45,825 bases of DNA, from NCBI GenBank assembly GCA_002633005.1, contig NMRA01000776.1, positions 1 to 45,825 of the forward strand, in the 5' to 3' direction. This stretch comes from Phoronis australis. Taxonomy: Eukaryota > Animalia > Phoronida. The stretch's first letter is position 1; each line of letters starts with the position of its first letter. Below are positions 1-12,412 of the stretch, piece by piece. Below the pieces are notes generated by a model. It saw nothing but the letters and a program-made list of their open reading frames with translations. It did not search any database and was not told the DNA's origin. Both the position numbers and the translations under genes were made by a program.

Positions 1-140
1 GCAACTTTATATGTGGGAACTTTTTAGATTTTGAAAACACTCTAATAAATGAATTAAAAAACACCAAAATAAAATTTGCCCCCTAAAGTACTCACAAAAA
101 CCATTTTCTAGAGGCCCTACAAAATCTGGCCCACCGACTA
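1..140 (+). mobile_element. Right terminal inverted repeat of an Academ-type DNA transposon; the element extends left out of the window
   Basis: Ends ...ATCTGGCCCACCGACTA at 140. Its reverse complement aligns over ~130 bp with 42992-43120 (TAGTCGGTGGGCCAGAT...TTGTGAGTACTTT.GGGGGCAA...AAAAAGTTCCCAC...AGTTGC). TAG...CTA termini are typical of Academ. Confidence 0.8.
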
Positions 141-1009
141 CTTCGGCTGCGAATCAGGCCGGGGATTTGACTCTTAAACTGCGAGAAAAGAATGGTTCTT
201 TTTAAGAATAAATTTCTTGTAGCGTACTATGAAAGACAGTGATTGACTTTCAACCTTGTACATGTAAGTTTCAATTCAACAAAGCGTCCACTTAAAATGT
301 ACTGCAGAAGACGTAACAACTACGATGTCCCCGGCGACCACTGGCTACGCTCGTAGCCAAACGACGTGACATTTACGAGTAAAGTGCTCGGAGAAACGTT
401 TAAGAAACGTAAAAATACGAATGTCAAATTCAAGAACGGAGTTTCGGCGTTTTTTTTTGGTCTCGATCCTTTACGAAGCCAAGTCCGGGTATACACGCGC
501 GAGTGCACATACGCCGTCACGACTCCTATTTTCCAGCGGAGATTTTTGACCGTGTTGAGCACTGGTGATACTGATTTGTAAATTTGTGTTGACGATATGG
601 TCTTGTTTTTTGTAGATTCGTGAATTGCATCACTGTGCGATGTAACGAAACGTAGACATGTACTCTAGAATATATTTCTTCATGTCCTTTTGAATGCAAC
701 TTCATTGTCTTCTCACAATTTTAAGTGCTTTCTCAACTGCATTTTACTCTTCTCTTTTGAGAACTCCAAGATAAATTGAGTCCAGAACGCATGCTGTCTG
801 TCATGCAACTCTACATAGATTATCTTACTAAAAAGGTTTACAGATCTTGATTTTTGCAGCCTAGTGACAATACACACATCCTGAATGGAACAAACCTCCT
901 AATTTTTGTTTAGTTTCCCTATGTGCTCTCCTTTGAACAAGAAAAAGACACCCAAACAGTGTGCGAAATAAAATGCAAGGAAATGACCTTTTTTATGTAA
1001 CAATTTTTT

Positions 1010-1157
1010 CCTCACCGGGTGGGGGAATTCCCCCCCCCCCAACTTTCAACCCCCACCTCCCCCCCATCAGCGCTGCGCGCCTCAGATTTGCGCTTTGCAC
1101 GACTCGTCAGTCTCACGAATTTGGACCCCCAATTTTCAAATCCTAGATGAGTCCCTG
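1010..1157. mobile_element. GC-rich MITE fragment (GGGGCGGATCC...GATCCGCCCCTG-type family)
   Basis: G/C runs ending in TTTTCAAATCCTAGATGAGTCCCTG, resembling the right end of the elements at 35774 and 25691. Confidence 0.45.
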
Positions 1158-1546
1158 AGACACGACGAAAGGAATGGTTGAAGTCAGTTTCGGAAAATTA
1201 TGAAAAATGTTGATCCTAAGTTGTGCTCAGCATGCAATATTGGATATTAGTGTACACACCTGAAAAATAAACATGACGGTTATTTGCAGGTTAATGCAAT
1301 ATGATGAAAGGTACATGTGCCATATTTTGATAACACGATTCAAGGCGTTGGTCACACACAGGTTTAGGCTTACATGTATATAGCAAACCTTAGTGTGATA
1401 AATTGTTTGAAGGATTCACAACGCCGGGCTATCAAACATGTTTTCATGATAATGCAGACACAACGAAAGGAATGGTTGAAGTCAGTTTCGGAAAATTATG
1501 AAAAATGTTGATCCTAAGTTGTGCTCAGCATGCAATATTGGATATT
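1158..1546 (+). repeat. 91-bp direct duplication (1158-1248 = 1456-1546)
   Basis: AGACAC(G/A)ACGAAAGGAATGGTTGAAGTCAG...CAATATTGGATATT occurs twice with one mismatch. Confidence 0.95.
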
Positions 1547-1558
1547 CCTGGCCGGGAA

Positions 1559-4357
1559 ACAAATTTCAAAAAAAGATGGAACGAAGCAAGGTTCAAAAGT
1601 CACTATGCAACACGCATTTGTTTTTTCGCGTGCTACTTAAAAACGAAATGATACGATCTGATAACAATAGTTGACGAAGCGACATCACGATACATTTCAC
1701 AATATTTGTTTGGTTTAAGGAAAATAGAACTACTGTACTTCCCAATAACTACACGACAAAGCCTGATTAACTCCGTTTTATTGCACAAACTAAGCACTTA
1801 AGCCACAAAATTGAACTGTGCAGCTCTTTCTGGGAGGCAAATTGACGCTCTCCTGTGTAAGGGTGCTCCATGACAAACTGAAAGTCCACCTCCAGAGAGC
1901 GTGCTGCTTCCACAGACACAGCTCTACCTTCTCGCCATCTTTGACAACACAGGGTTTGAACAGGTGGTCTGGTGTATGCTCCAAAACACCAAGCCACCGG
2001 ATTTTCTAACATAAGGAAGGCAGCTGATTGGTGATGTTTCTTGGTGATCACTTAGTACACATAGCCACCAAAATGCTAAAAAATATAGGCTACATTTTAA
2101 AAGCTCCTCTGTTAATTACAGAGGAGCTTTTAAAATGTGTTATACAGCCGGTACGTCATTTTACCGGTGTTTGAGCAACAGTTTCCGATACGGTATCGAT
2201 ATCGAGTGACCATTACAACTACATTTGTAAGTATCGTTTGGTCCATATTCTAGACGATATCAGTTTTCAGAGGCCTGATATCAACTTTTCTTTTTAAATC
2301 ACTAGGCTCAGTCATTTATCTACAACGCTCAATGAATAATTAGGGTAAACACGGATCGACTCAAAACTGTTGTCAACATATCAATACCCATCGCAGCCGT
2401 TTAGTGGCCACGTATAGTATTTCTTTCGCGAAAGAAGGAACCTACACTAACTTTTCAAGAGGAATTCAATTTCAGATGCCGAGCACGGTTAAAAATACCA
2501 ATTTCTGACTTGGACATTTCAGTTTATTTCAGCCAGTATTTTGTTGCCGAGAAGACATCGCTAAAGCGACAATGGTCCTGTACGACACAATAGCTTAGAT
2601 TAACTTTCGTGATATCTATGGCGTACGGTGACACCGATTTTCACAGTTGATATAAAGAAGCTTTGTGTAACAACAAGCTATCTGAATGACTCAGTTTTCT
2701 AATGCGTATGCAGTTCTAGTGACAAATGTGTCTTTTCAGGTGTCGCCGATCCAAGCGTTCGTCGCTTTGGCTATTATCTTTGTTCAGTTTTTCAGCTACA
2801 GCCCTGAAATATACTTGCGTGTGTACACAACCACACGCACTGACGCACGCACGCGTACACGCAGACGTAGGCCGGCGCACAAATTTGCACGCATTCATAC
2901 CAGTAGGCCCTAATGCATGTAACACCTAGCTGTCACGGACATGACCATTGGGGATATACGGGTGCATCAATCTTCTCCCCAGGCACAGACCTACAGGGCT
3001 GATGTTGCCCGTAAGCATCTGATTGGACAACACTGGGNACAAATTTCAAAAAAAAGATGGAACGAAGCAAGTTTCACAAGTCACTATGCAACACGCATTT
3101 GTTTTTTCGCGTGCTACTTAAAAACGAAATGATACGATCTGATAACGATAGTTGACGAAGCGACATCACGATACATTTCACAATATTTGTTTGGTTTAAG
3201 GAAAATAGAACTACTGTACTTCCCAATAACTGCACGACAAAGCCTGATTAACTCCGTTTTATTGCACAAACTAAGCACTTTAGCCACAAAATTGAACTGT
3301 GCAGCTCTTTCTGGGAGGCAAATTGACGCTCTCCTGTGTAAAGGTGCTCCATGACAAACTGAAAGTCCACCGCCAGAGAGCGTGCTGCTTCCTCAGACAC
3401 AGCTCTACCTTCTCGCCATCTTTGACAACACAGGGTTTGAACAGGTGGTCTGGTGTATGCTCCAAAACACCAAGCCACCGGATTTTCTAATATAAGGAAG
3501 CGGGCAGCTGATTGGTGATGTTTCTTGGTGATCACTGAGTACACATAGCCACCAAAATGCTAAAAAAATATAGGCGACATTTTAAAAGCTCCTCTGTTAA
3601 TAACAGAGGATCTTTTAAAATGTGTTATACAGCCGGTACGTCATTTTACCGGTGTTTGAGCAACAGTTTCCGATACGGTATCGATATCGAGTGACCATTA
3701 AAACTACATTTGTAAGTATCGTTTGGTCCATATTCTAGACGATATCAGTTTTCAGAGGCCTGATATCAACTTTTCTTTTTAATTCAATTTCAGATGCCGA
3801 GCACGGTTAAAAATACCAATTTCTGACTTGGACATTTCAGTTTATTTCAGCCAGTATTTTGTTGCCGAGAAGACATCGATAAAGCGATAATGGTCCTGTA
3901 CGACACAATAGCTTAGATTAACTTTCGTGATATCTATGGCGTACGGTGACACAGATTTTCACAGTTGATATAAGGAAGCTTTGTGTAACAACAAGCTATC
4001 TGAATGACCCAGTTTTCTAATGCGTATGCAGTTCTAGTGACAAATGTGTCTTTTCAGGTGTCGCCGATCCAAGCGTTCGTCGCTTTGGTTATTATCTTTG
4101 TTCAGTTTTTCAGCTACAGCCCTGAAATATACTACTTGCGTGTGTACACAACCACACGCACTGACGCACGCACGCGTACACGCAGACGTAGGCCGGCGCA
4201 CAAATTTGCACGCATTCATACCAGTAGGCCCTAATGCATGTAACACCTAGCTGTCACGGACATGACCATTGGGGATATGCTGGTGCATCAATCTTCTCCC
4301 CAGGCACAGACCTACAGGGCTGATGTTGCCCGTAAGCATCTGATTGGACAACACTGG
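1559..4357 (+). repeat. Near-identical tandem duplication (1559-3037 and 3039-4357) joined at a single N
   Basis: Both units start ACAAATTTCAAAAAAAGATGG and end GGACAACACTGGG. They differ by scattered SNPs and a ~165-bp segment (~2299-2463) missing from unit 2. N at 3038. Confidence 0.95.
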
Positions 4358-6199
4358 GGCACAGCACTTGTTGTGACTTCTTGCAGCATGACCATACATG
4401 TACATGTACGTAATATCAGCTTCGAGGAGTCCGCTGCCTCCGATGAACTCAGCAAGCTGGGACGAAATCTGCTCGAAGGTACGTCGATGGGTCAGCAGCT
4501 TAACATCAGACTATAAGCAGAGGGGTAAGTGCGTGGTGCATGAGCCTGCTAAGTAATCGACGCGCTCATTAATCAAGACACAGGCGTAACCAGGTACGAT
4601 AGACCAGATCACACATTCATGACCGTACATTCAAATATGGAAGCATGGTTTGCATAGACATGTGTGCTGCAACTTACCAAGACTTTCTCCCACCAAAACG
4701 ATCAGAACAGTAAGAAACAAGCATCCAAATTCCATCGTCTTTTCTGAAACATGTGGAGTTATCAAATACATGACACGTGACATACAACCATTTGGTGATG
4801 AATTATTATGACCACCAATGTCCAAGTGACACGCCGTTTAAATTTCTTTAAAATATTGGAAATTTTATTGTTAAATATTCTCTTGGTATAAAACCAACTT
4901 TACACATTAAGTAGAAAAACACAGCACGCATTGACAATATCGGTCACTTCAGCACAAATAGCACTATCGGAGATTACTTTGGTTTTTTGAGATCAGCTGG
5001 AAAGACAGATTCGACACTTTGCTAGTATGGCTGAACCCCGTACGAATATTTCTATCGTATTTAACTGGCAGACATTGGCCTCGATTTCAGCGAATGAATA
5101 GCAGACGACGACGAGAAAAGAGGACTTGCAATAAAATCCCCAAAACAAGGAATTTCGTTGATTGCTACAGTAGTTCTGATCAAAACTAATAATTTCAATA
5201 AGTCTGTCTCATACAACAATTATGCCCAAATACGTTTTTCGGTCCTTCAAGGTCATGCAGATTGTAATTTATCAATAACTGTGGTAATGCGCCAACAAAC
5301 TTGGCTCTCCTCCAAAGCGTACGTCATCCTTTTACGGAGCCATTCTTAGAAAGAATTAATTTACCGGAAATGACATTTTTACGAATTCGAAAAATCAGCC
5401 ACGAAGTTTGTGTTTCTGTTTTTCAGATTATGTCTCAAATGATGCTGCCATTTTCGTAATACATTAATATTTTATATATATAAAAGTGCGATTACCGGAG
5501 TTTACTGATAACAATTTTTACAGGCATGAAACCTGTACTTGGAGGCCGGAGCTTATAAAAAGAAAGACACTCGTTTCGATCACATTGGTTTTTTAAAATT
5601 GCTTTAGATGACAAAGTTAAAATCAAAAATTTGAAAATCAACACACAGATTGTTACCGGGACATGTAATAAAATACACAGCATGCTCCGATAAAATCCGA
5701 TAAAATCCGATAAAATAAATTTCATGCTACATATACCCATTAATTTCTTTTAGTAATTTGGTAAATTTTAAACTTCGATCTATCGATCATCCTTGCAAAA
5801 ACACTTAGAAATACGAGTTCATTCCGAATGATTTTTTGCTTCTTCTTTAAAAAGAAGAATTAGATTCTGTGGCCGAAACAGATATCGTCGTTTAGCAAAA
5901 TTTTGCGGGTTAGATTACCTTTGTTACTATGCATAAGACAAATAATTGAGCACTGCTTCCAAGTCAACTTCATTTCCCATGTATGAGGTTATGTTGCTTT
6001 GTGAAATTCACGTCAACAAGTAGCCGTAAATCCTGTAAATCAGCCCATGGGACTTTTTTCACTTTAACGTTTTCTACAAAATTTTGCTTGAGTATGGATT
6101 TTCTTGAATTTGCTTATAAAAGTTTGGTATTTTCTTACTGCAAATTTGCAAATAAAAGTGGGATCACCGAATCTGTTTTTCCGTTACACACGCCAAAAA

Positions 6200-6520
6200 T
6201 TGGGTTCGTATGCATGAATCATGCATACGAACCCAACAATCACACTTACGAACAAAAGTCAAAAGCACGGACCACAAAAAATATACATACGATTATAAAA
6301 TCATACACACGAATAGAATCACACGCACGAACACATTATCGTTTGGTGGTTCGTGCGTAGTATTATGAGGCTCGTGCTTAGGATTTGTGTTCGCATCTGT
6401 GAGTTTGTGGTTCGTGAGTATTTTATGCGTGATTTTTGGGTTCGTGTACGTGATTCATGGGTTCGTAGGCATGATTCATAGTTTCGTAGGTGGTTTGTGC
6501 GTCTCATTCGCGGTTGCGTA
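6200..6520. mobile_element. Truncated copy of the CGAAC/GTTCG-subrepeat MITE
   Basis: Homologous to 24800-25130. Many CATACGAAC / GTTCGT subrepeats in inverted halves. Confidence 0.75.
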
Positions 6521-6544
6521 GGTGGCCCTGGTTACAGTTGCAGC

Positions 6545-7075
6545 GAGTGGCTGATTTTATTCTCTGAGATGAATTTAAAAATCGTGTGAAACGCAAATGA
6601 GTTTGTTTTTAGTAGCGAATTTATTTTCGCTTTATCTTTTAAATTCAAAGTAATAATACATTTACTGTAAAATCGTTTGGAAGATTTTCTTTTTAAATGT
6701 GTTTCAAAAACAAAAATCGTTTTAAATTTGTTTTGCATCAAATTCTCTTTTTAAATTGTTTTACCTATAGAATATTTTTATTTTTGATTTTAAGAACAAT
6801 AATATATTTTAAAATTGTTTAATGTCAGATTTTTTAAACTAGTCAACAGTATCTCAAAGCTAAGAGCGTTTCGTAAATAACAGCTTCGTGAGTAGTTGCG
6901 TTTTTCCACTTACATGTACAAAACATCTGTAAACTTCAAAATTATTTCATTTCTAATTTTAAAAAAGAATAATCAGTTTCATGTCAGATTTTATCTTTAA
7001 ACATCTTTTAACTTCCAAATAATTTTATTTTTAATGTTAGTTTTATCTTGGCACCGAAGGAACTCCACAGACATG
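6545..7075. repeat. AT-rich interspersed repeat (TTTTAAA-rich family)
   Basis: Direct homolog at 26455-26770, inverted homolog at 24405-24735. Confidence 0.65.
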
Positions 7076-7605
7076 GTTTTATCCAACAATTTTTTTCTAA
7101 TTTTGACAATGCTTATAAATATCATTATGGCTCTGATGGATTATTGGCAGAAAACGAAAATATGAAATGAAGTAACACCTGACCATCCACCAGAAAAGGT
7201 AATATGGTACTTTAGAATTCAAGTCCTTAACATATTTTCGAGAACGGGGAATTTATAAATGTTCCAGAAAATGTATTCGCTTAGGCTCAATATTGCCTTT
7301 AAGGAATTTCTTTCTACGTCATTTTGGTTAAACGCTTTCCACAACGATTTTTGTTACAAGCCGAGTTAATCAACGATTTTTAAAAATGTGTGCTCTTTCA
7401 GCACGAGTTAATTTAAGAAATAGGAATTTATGAGATACTTTTTAGGTTGAATTTTGAATTTGTGGTACACCAACAGTACAGTATGGCTGGCACAATTGAT
7501 ACTCATGTAGATGTTAATGAGCGTCAAATTTGATAACATTGTAAGTGGAAAAACGCAACTAATCACGAGACTGTTATTTAGGAAACGGTCTTACCTTTGA
7601 GATAT
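6851..7605. repeat. ~70-bp imperfect inverted repeat pair (6851-6923 / 7541-7605), MITE-like
   Basis: ATCTCAAAGCTAAGAGCGTTTCGTAAATAACAG...AGTTGCGTTTTTCCACTTAC versus GTAAGTGGAAAAACGCAACT...CTGTTATTTAGGAAACGGTCTTACCTTTGAGAT. Confidence 0.7.
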
Positions 7606-7739
7606 TTTTGGCTGGCTTAAAATTCTTATCTAGTAAAAATCAAGGAAACAATGTCTTAGATCTGTTACAGGGAGGCTGATAGTGGCAATAGAAACTTGTT
7701 CGAAAAGTTCAGCGAAAGTAGACACATGTAGCAAGAGAC

Positions 7740-7836
7740 ACTTACCAAAGTCAGGTTCCTGTCTTCTGGATTACAGTAAATAGGGCTTCGACCTCAATTA
7801 CTGACGAATTTGGGTGAGAGGCAGGCTATTTATAGG
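7740..7836 (-). promoter_or_regulatory. Pol II core promoter plus non-coding first exon, copy A
   Basis: Minus strand: TATAAATA (7834-7827), initiator TCAGT with A at 7802 (32 nt after the TATA start), 57-nt ATG-free exon, donor TTG|GTAAGT at 7746/7745. Architecture is conserved in copy B. Confidence 0.65.
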
Positions 7837-10800
7837 AGTTTTAGTCACGCCATCAGCTAATACATGTATGCATAAAAAGCGAGGAACTGCATTTACATTT
7901 AACATCAAAGAAAATTAATGCGGGAGGTTTTAATTTATTGCCACTGCGATAACTGTAATTTTCACGTTCCCCATAACGATAGAGTAAAGGTAGTTGACTG
8001 ATATACAGTTTTGTTGACAGGGGTATGCACATATGGTCAAAAACGCACTTCTGACATCATTTTCGACATACTTCTTATAGTTATTAGCTTTGGCTAGAGT
8101 TATAAGAAAATAAAACTCGGCTGTGTTTATAAAATTTTAAAATAGCAGTAATCACAAAGAAGTTAACAAGTTCGTGTTCTTTGATTTGATTGGAAATCAC
8201 CGGTTCCCGCATGTCTGAATTTCGGTAGCATTAAGAGTCAACGCCGGTCTCGATCATTGTCAGTTAAACGCTCGCAGAATACTCAACTGCCTGACTTCTA
8301 GCAAGGGTTAGGGTTGTGAAAGCTGAGTTCGAGTCTGAATCTCTCCTGGGTTATTAGACGATATGGCCGCTTCAACGTTACATAATTAGCGACAATGTAT
8401 AAATAACATACGTAAGAGAGGGGGAGAGGAATACAAACCCTACAATCTGTCTGTCAAAATAGGCTCGGCGTTTCGAGAAATTAATAACTCAAGATAATAT
8501 TATTCGTGAGATCATAACGGCTTACGTGAATAACTGCACATTTCTAGTTTTCACTTAAGGACCTCGATATTCATGTTAAACGTTCGAATCTCAACTCGAA
8601 CTATCAAATTTTTACTCAAAGTTTGTGCTCAAATCTAAGGGTCATCAAGTACGACTTTGGACTAGAATCTCTTTAGCGGAAACAATTAATGTACTTGATC
8701 ACAGTACAATAGACGCCTGTACATTCGCAAAAAAGTTGAACAAAAAATGACAGAAGTAATGTCTAGGTACATCTGAGTAAAAAGACATGACCGCGATGTT
8801 CTCTTGCGCGCGCACGTGATACATCGATATTGATATATCCCCCAGTGCTTGTACTCATACCCGATACAGCACCACTTCAGCTGAGGATCGGAAACTGTGG
8901 AGTTTTTAAATAAATACCGGATTTTAAAGTGCCTTAACTGTTTCTACATTCCCTAGTTATCCGGTCTCAACAAATGTCATTGTAACATGTGCTCACATAT
9001 AGAATCACAACTAAATCTTACTGGAATGAGTGTGACCCTCGACTACAAAGATTGTTAGTTTCCGTAATGTATGCGGATATTTTCAGCTGTATAGAACACT
9101 GGGTTTAGTACGGACGGTGTGTGTGCCAGCAATACCACGAAGAGGAGAGCAATTCACGACAGATTTTGTACAGATCACGCTATATTTTTGTTTCAAAATA
9201 ATACAGAAAGATCAAAAGTCACGACCACCCTGTAATAACTATGAACAAAGCCAGACTTCAATAAAAACATCGCAATTAGCCAGCATAGAACTATCAATTT
9301 TGTTGAAATGAACACATTAAATTTAATGCAGGCTTATCAGAAAAAAATGCAGTCTGTGTTATGGGCAAAAAATAGCAGGAATGACACCACAGATGTGATA
9401 AAGGGACAATCGTTTTGTTGCGTCATTAAGCATTGCAACAGGTTTTGTTCTAGATGTACCTTGACACAACTCGTCAATGAATTCACGTTGAGACTCCGAG
9501 CACAACTTCGCTAATCTTTGACAAGGCAGCTACTCCAGAATGTACTAAAGCATTCTATTTTTACTATGAAAATTTCATATGCCTGTTTGCGTTTTGCTCG
9601 TGCGCACCATGGAATTTCCGTTGTACTGTGTACATGTGATCAGTCGAATTAGTTCAGTTTTGTCAAATGATCTTTTGGGATCAAAATTACGAAACACCAT
9701 TGAATATGTCAAATTTGGTATTCAGTCGAAATAAAGGTTCCAGGTACTGTATTTTATTCACTCTTCTGCTTAGACGCTTCTGAACTCAAGGCCTGTAAAA
9801 TCATGATAAGCGCTTTATTGAACACATTTATACAAATATACATGTATATAGTGTACAAACATCGTTCTGGTTGCCATCGTCATCGCACATCGAAACATGT
9901 ATTTTTCATAATTTGTTTAAATATTTTTATTAAAGCGCTATTCCTCTGCTTCCTCTGGACCGTTTTGCTTCAAACACCAGTTATTGTTTTAATATTCTAC
10001 TTTGACATGGGGCGCAATGAGCTATTTTGGCTTTTTGGATTTTTAAGACTAACAATCGAAACTGTCATTTTACGAAAGGCAAGGCATAGCAAAAATCTTA
10101 TAACAGGGTTTTTGGAAATCCCTTCTTGAACATGAAAGTCAAACGTAATTTGGAAATGTTATTGATAACTTTGTTTAATATCAAGGTATCTGATTTCATA
10201 GGGCTCTGAATAACATCCTTTATTTCAACATCCAAGCATCGCAGGTCAATCATTTCAGTGGTCATCATGCAAGACTACGCTAGTAAGGCCTTCAAGTTGT
10301 TAGAGGTAATTTCTCGGTTTAGGAATAAGTGACAATTAGCTATTGGCATTGCTTGAGAGTGAGCTACATACATATAAGTACCTAGTCTGGTCAGGCCATT
10401 TTATACGTCGGCCATTTTCTCAAGGCAAAATAGCACTAACGAGTTGCTAGTTTTCTTGAGCCCAGAAAACACTTCTCGCCTGATTCTGAAACAATTTGTG
10501 ATCAGCTTCATGCAAGTGTAACTGCCCTTGCTCTGGCAAAATTTGGAAAAAGTGCCTGACTCCACTTTAAATCAACATCGTCGTTTTTACTGCCTACCGA
10601 CGCAATATTCGGGTTGTCATTGAATGGAATTGATTTAATTTTATCATCTTTAACCACAGCTCTAAAGCAAGAGATTTGACTGCATACATATTTCATCACG
10701 TTGTAAGCTACACATTTGTCTTTTAATTAACCAGTGAAATGCTGGCGGATAGTTTGGGGTGGCGCGTGTGATCTTCATGTTCAAATTTGCCGTTTCAGGC

Positions 10801-11845
10801 CAATAATGTCAAATTGAATCTAGAAAAATTATGATATGCAAACATTAGATATTCCTTTGAATCGCATGTCGTAGCAACTCTCACCCGTGTGTGTATGATC
10901 AAGAAAGACGTTAACAAGACTTTAGCCGCCGCCATTATTGTGTAATGGATCGTGGCGACACCTAGCGGGTGTGTGTGTGCGCCGACGAAGCACGCGAGGA
11001 GTTAACTATGGCCGTTAGTTTGTCGAATTCAAAATTGTGATGTGTCTTTGTTTAAAATATCGAAAAAAAAACATGAAAAGTGTAATGGAAAAATAGGCAT
11101 AGGCAAACTATAAAGTAAATAAAAAATGAGCAGCAAAGGTAAATATAAATTACGAGAAATACATCATAAGAAAGAAGATGACTCAGTAATGGGAGGTGAG
11201 CAGGTGAAAGTAGGTGATTGGAGGGTGGACAGGTACACAACCTCTAGGATTTTGTCCAGAGATTCAGGGAAGTAGTAAACATAAGACAGATCTGCTGAAG
11301 AAGAGGTAGGACAAAACAGGGGGGGCACTCCTCAAACAAAAGGTGGGGGGGGCGGAGATATCTTTCTGACCCCGAATATTTCAGCTGTTAATTCTCAATT
11401 AATTAACAATTGATTATTAAATCTTCCAACGCACAAACTTTGATTTAAAATAAAATTAAAAAATCAACTGATTCTCCTCCCCCCAACCGCCAAATGTTTC
11501 CTATGCCGATGTCCACTAAACCTGCCCTCTTACGGGTCCAGATCTTTGTTGTGAAAATTCACACCTTACCACATTCTGCATTCAAATATCGACTCACCAG
11601 GGGCAGATCCCGGATTTTTTATAAGGGGAGTCTGATCAAGGATTTTTATGAAGGGTGGCCCAAGTCAATAATTTGAAAATTCTAGCTTTGAAATCACTAA
11701 AATCAGGGGAGAATGTGGGAATGTAGCGCTCAATAATCTCGGAGAAATATACACGAAATATAAGATTTTGCGTTCACTTATTTGTACTTAGTTATGTAGC
11801 TTCTGGTGATATTTTGCTTACAAATCTCTAAACTGAGCATCAAGA

Positions 11846-12078
11846 TACTGGGTGATTCAAAATAAAAATCTTAAAAGTATAGTTTACTCCTACAGTCCAG
11901 TTATGGCTTCAAAATTGAAAGGGAAACTTCAGGACATGGAGGATCTGTGTACACAAAATCTACATGTATCACGCATTACGCGAGTCAGTTTGAATATATT
12001 TTTGGTTCTTTCCAAAATAAATGGAATGTAAAATACCATAATTATTTTGTAGGTTCGGATTTTTTGGGTCACCCCGCA
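11846..12078. mobile_element. Tc1/mariner-type MITE
   Basis: TACTGGGTGATTCAAAA...TTTTTGGGTCACCCCGCA, a degenerate TA-CAGGGTG...CACCCTG-TA terminal inverted repeat. Confidence 0.6.
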
Positions 12079-12412
12079 AGTTAGACTGTCTCTGGGGGTA
12101 ACGGGCTCCTTTTGCGGACAAGTAGTTCCACCTTTATCCTTTCTTGGCTTTTGAAGAACTGTCCGGTCGTTATGGGCTCAAACAAGGCTCGTGACGTTTG
12201 TTTGTCACGGCGGGTTAGTGTCTGGTGCGGAAGCAGTGTAAGCGTCAGGTGAATTCGTGAGGATTTTTTGTAAGCTCCTTTGTTCAAACAAAGGGTACAG
12301 ACGTGGCGACGTTGCTTTGGAAGAGTAGAACGCCAGAACGTGCTTTGAGGTCTCAATTATTGCACCAGGCTTTGGCTATTGTCGATGTCAAAGTGAGTTA
12401 TTTTACGCCTTC

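Larger units (their letters stand above)
1250..9745 (-). pseudogene. Copy A of the segmental duplication: broken paralog of the PCSK9-C/resistin-like gene (promoter, exon 1, intron, and the first ~11 nt of a coding exon)
   Basis: Collinear similarity to 19940-30365 throughout. It keeps the acceptor TTTTTCAG|GTGTGTACAC at 1260/1259, but the exon is cut off by the 91-bp duplication and the downstream exons are absent in the window. Confidence 0.7.

Noticed and set aside
5983-6507. ORFs 5983-6360, 6319-6507 and 24803-25090 (NHAYEP repeats)
   Set aside because: They read through MITE subrepeats.
10508-10699. Protein-like minus ORF with a possible acceptor
   Set aside because: No recognisable domain, donor or partner exon.
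12081-12356. GC-rich 91-aa ORF with HVCTLC
   Set aside because: No recognisable family; sandwiched between TEs and probably a decayed TE fragment.
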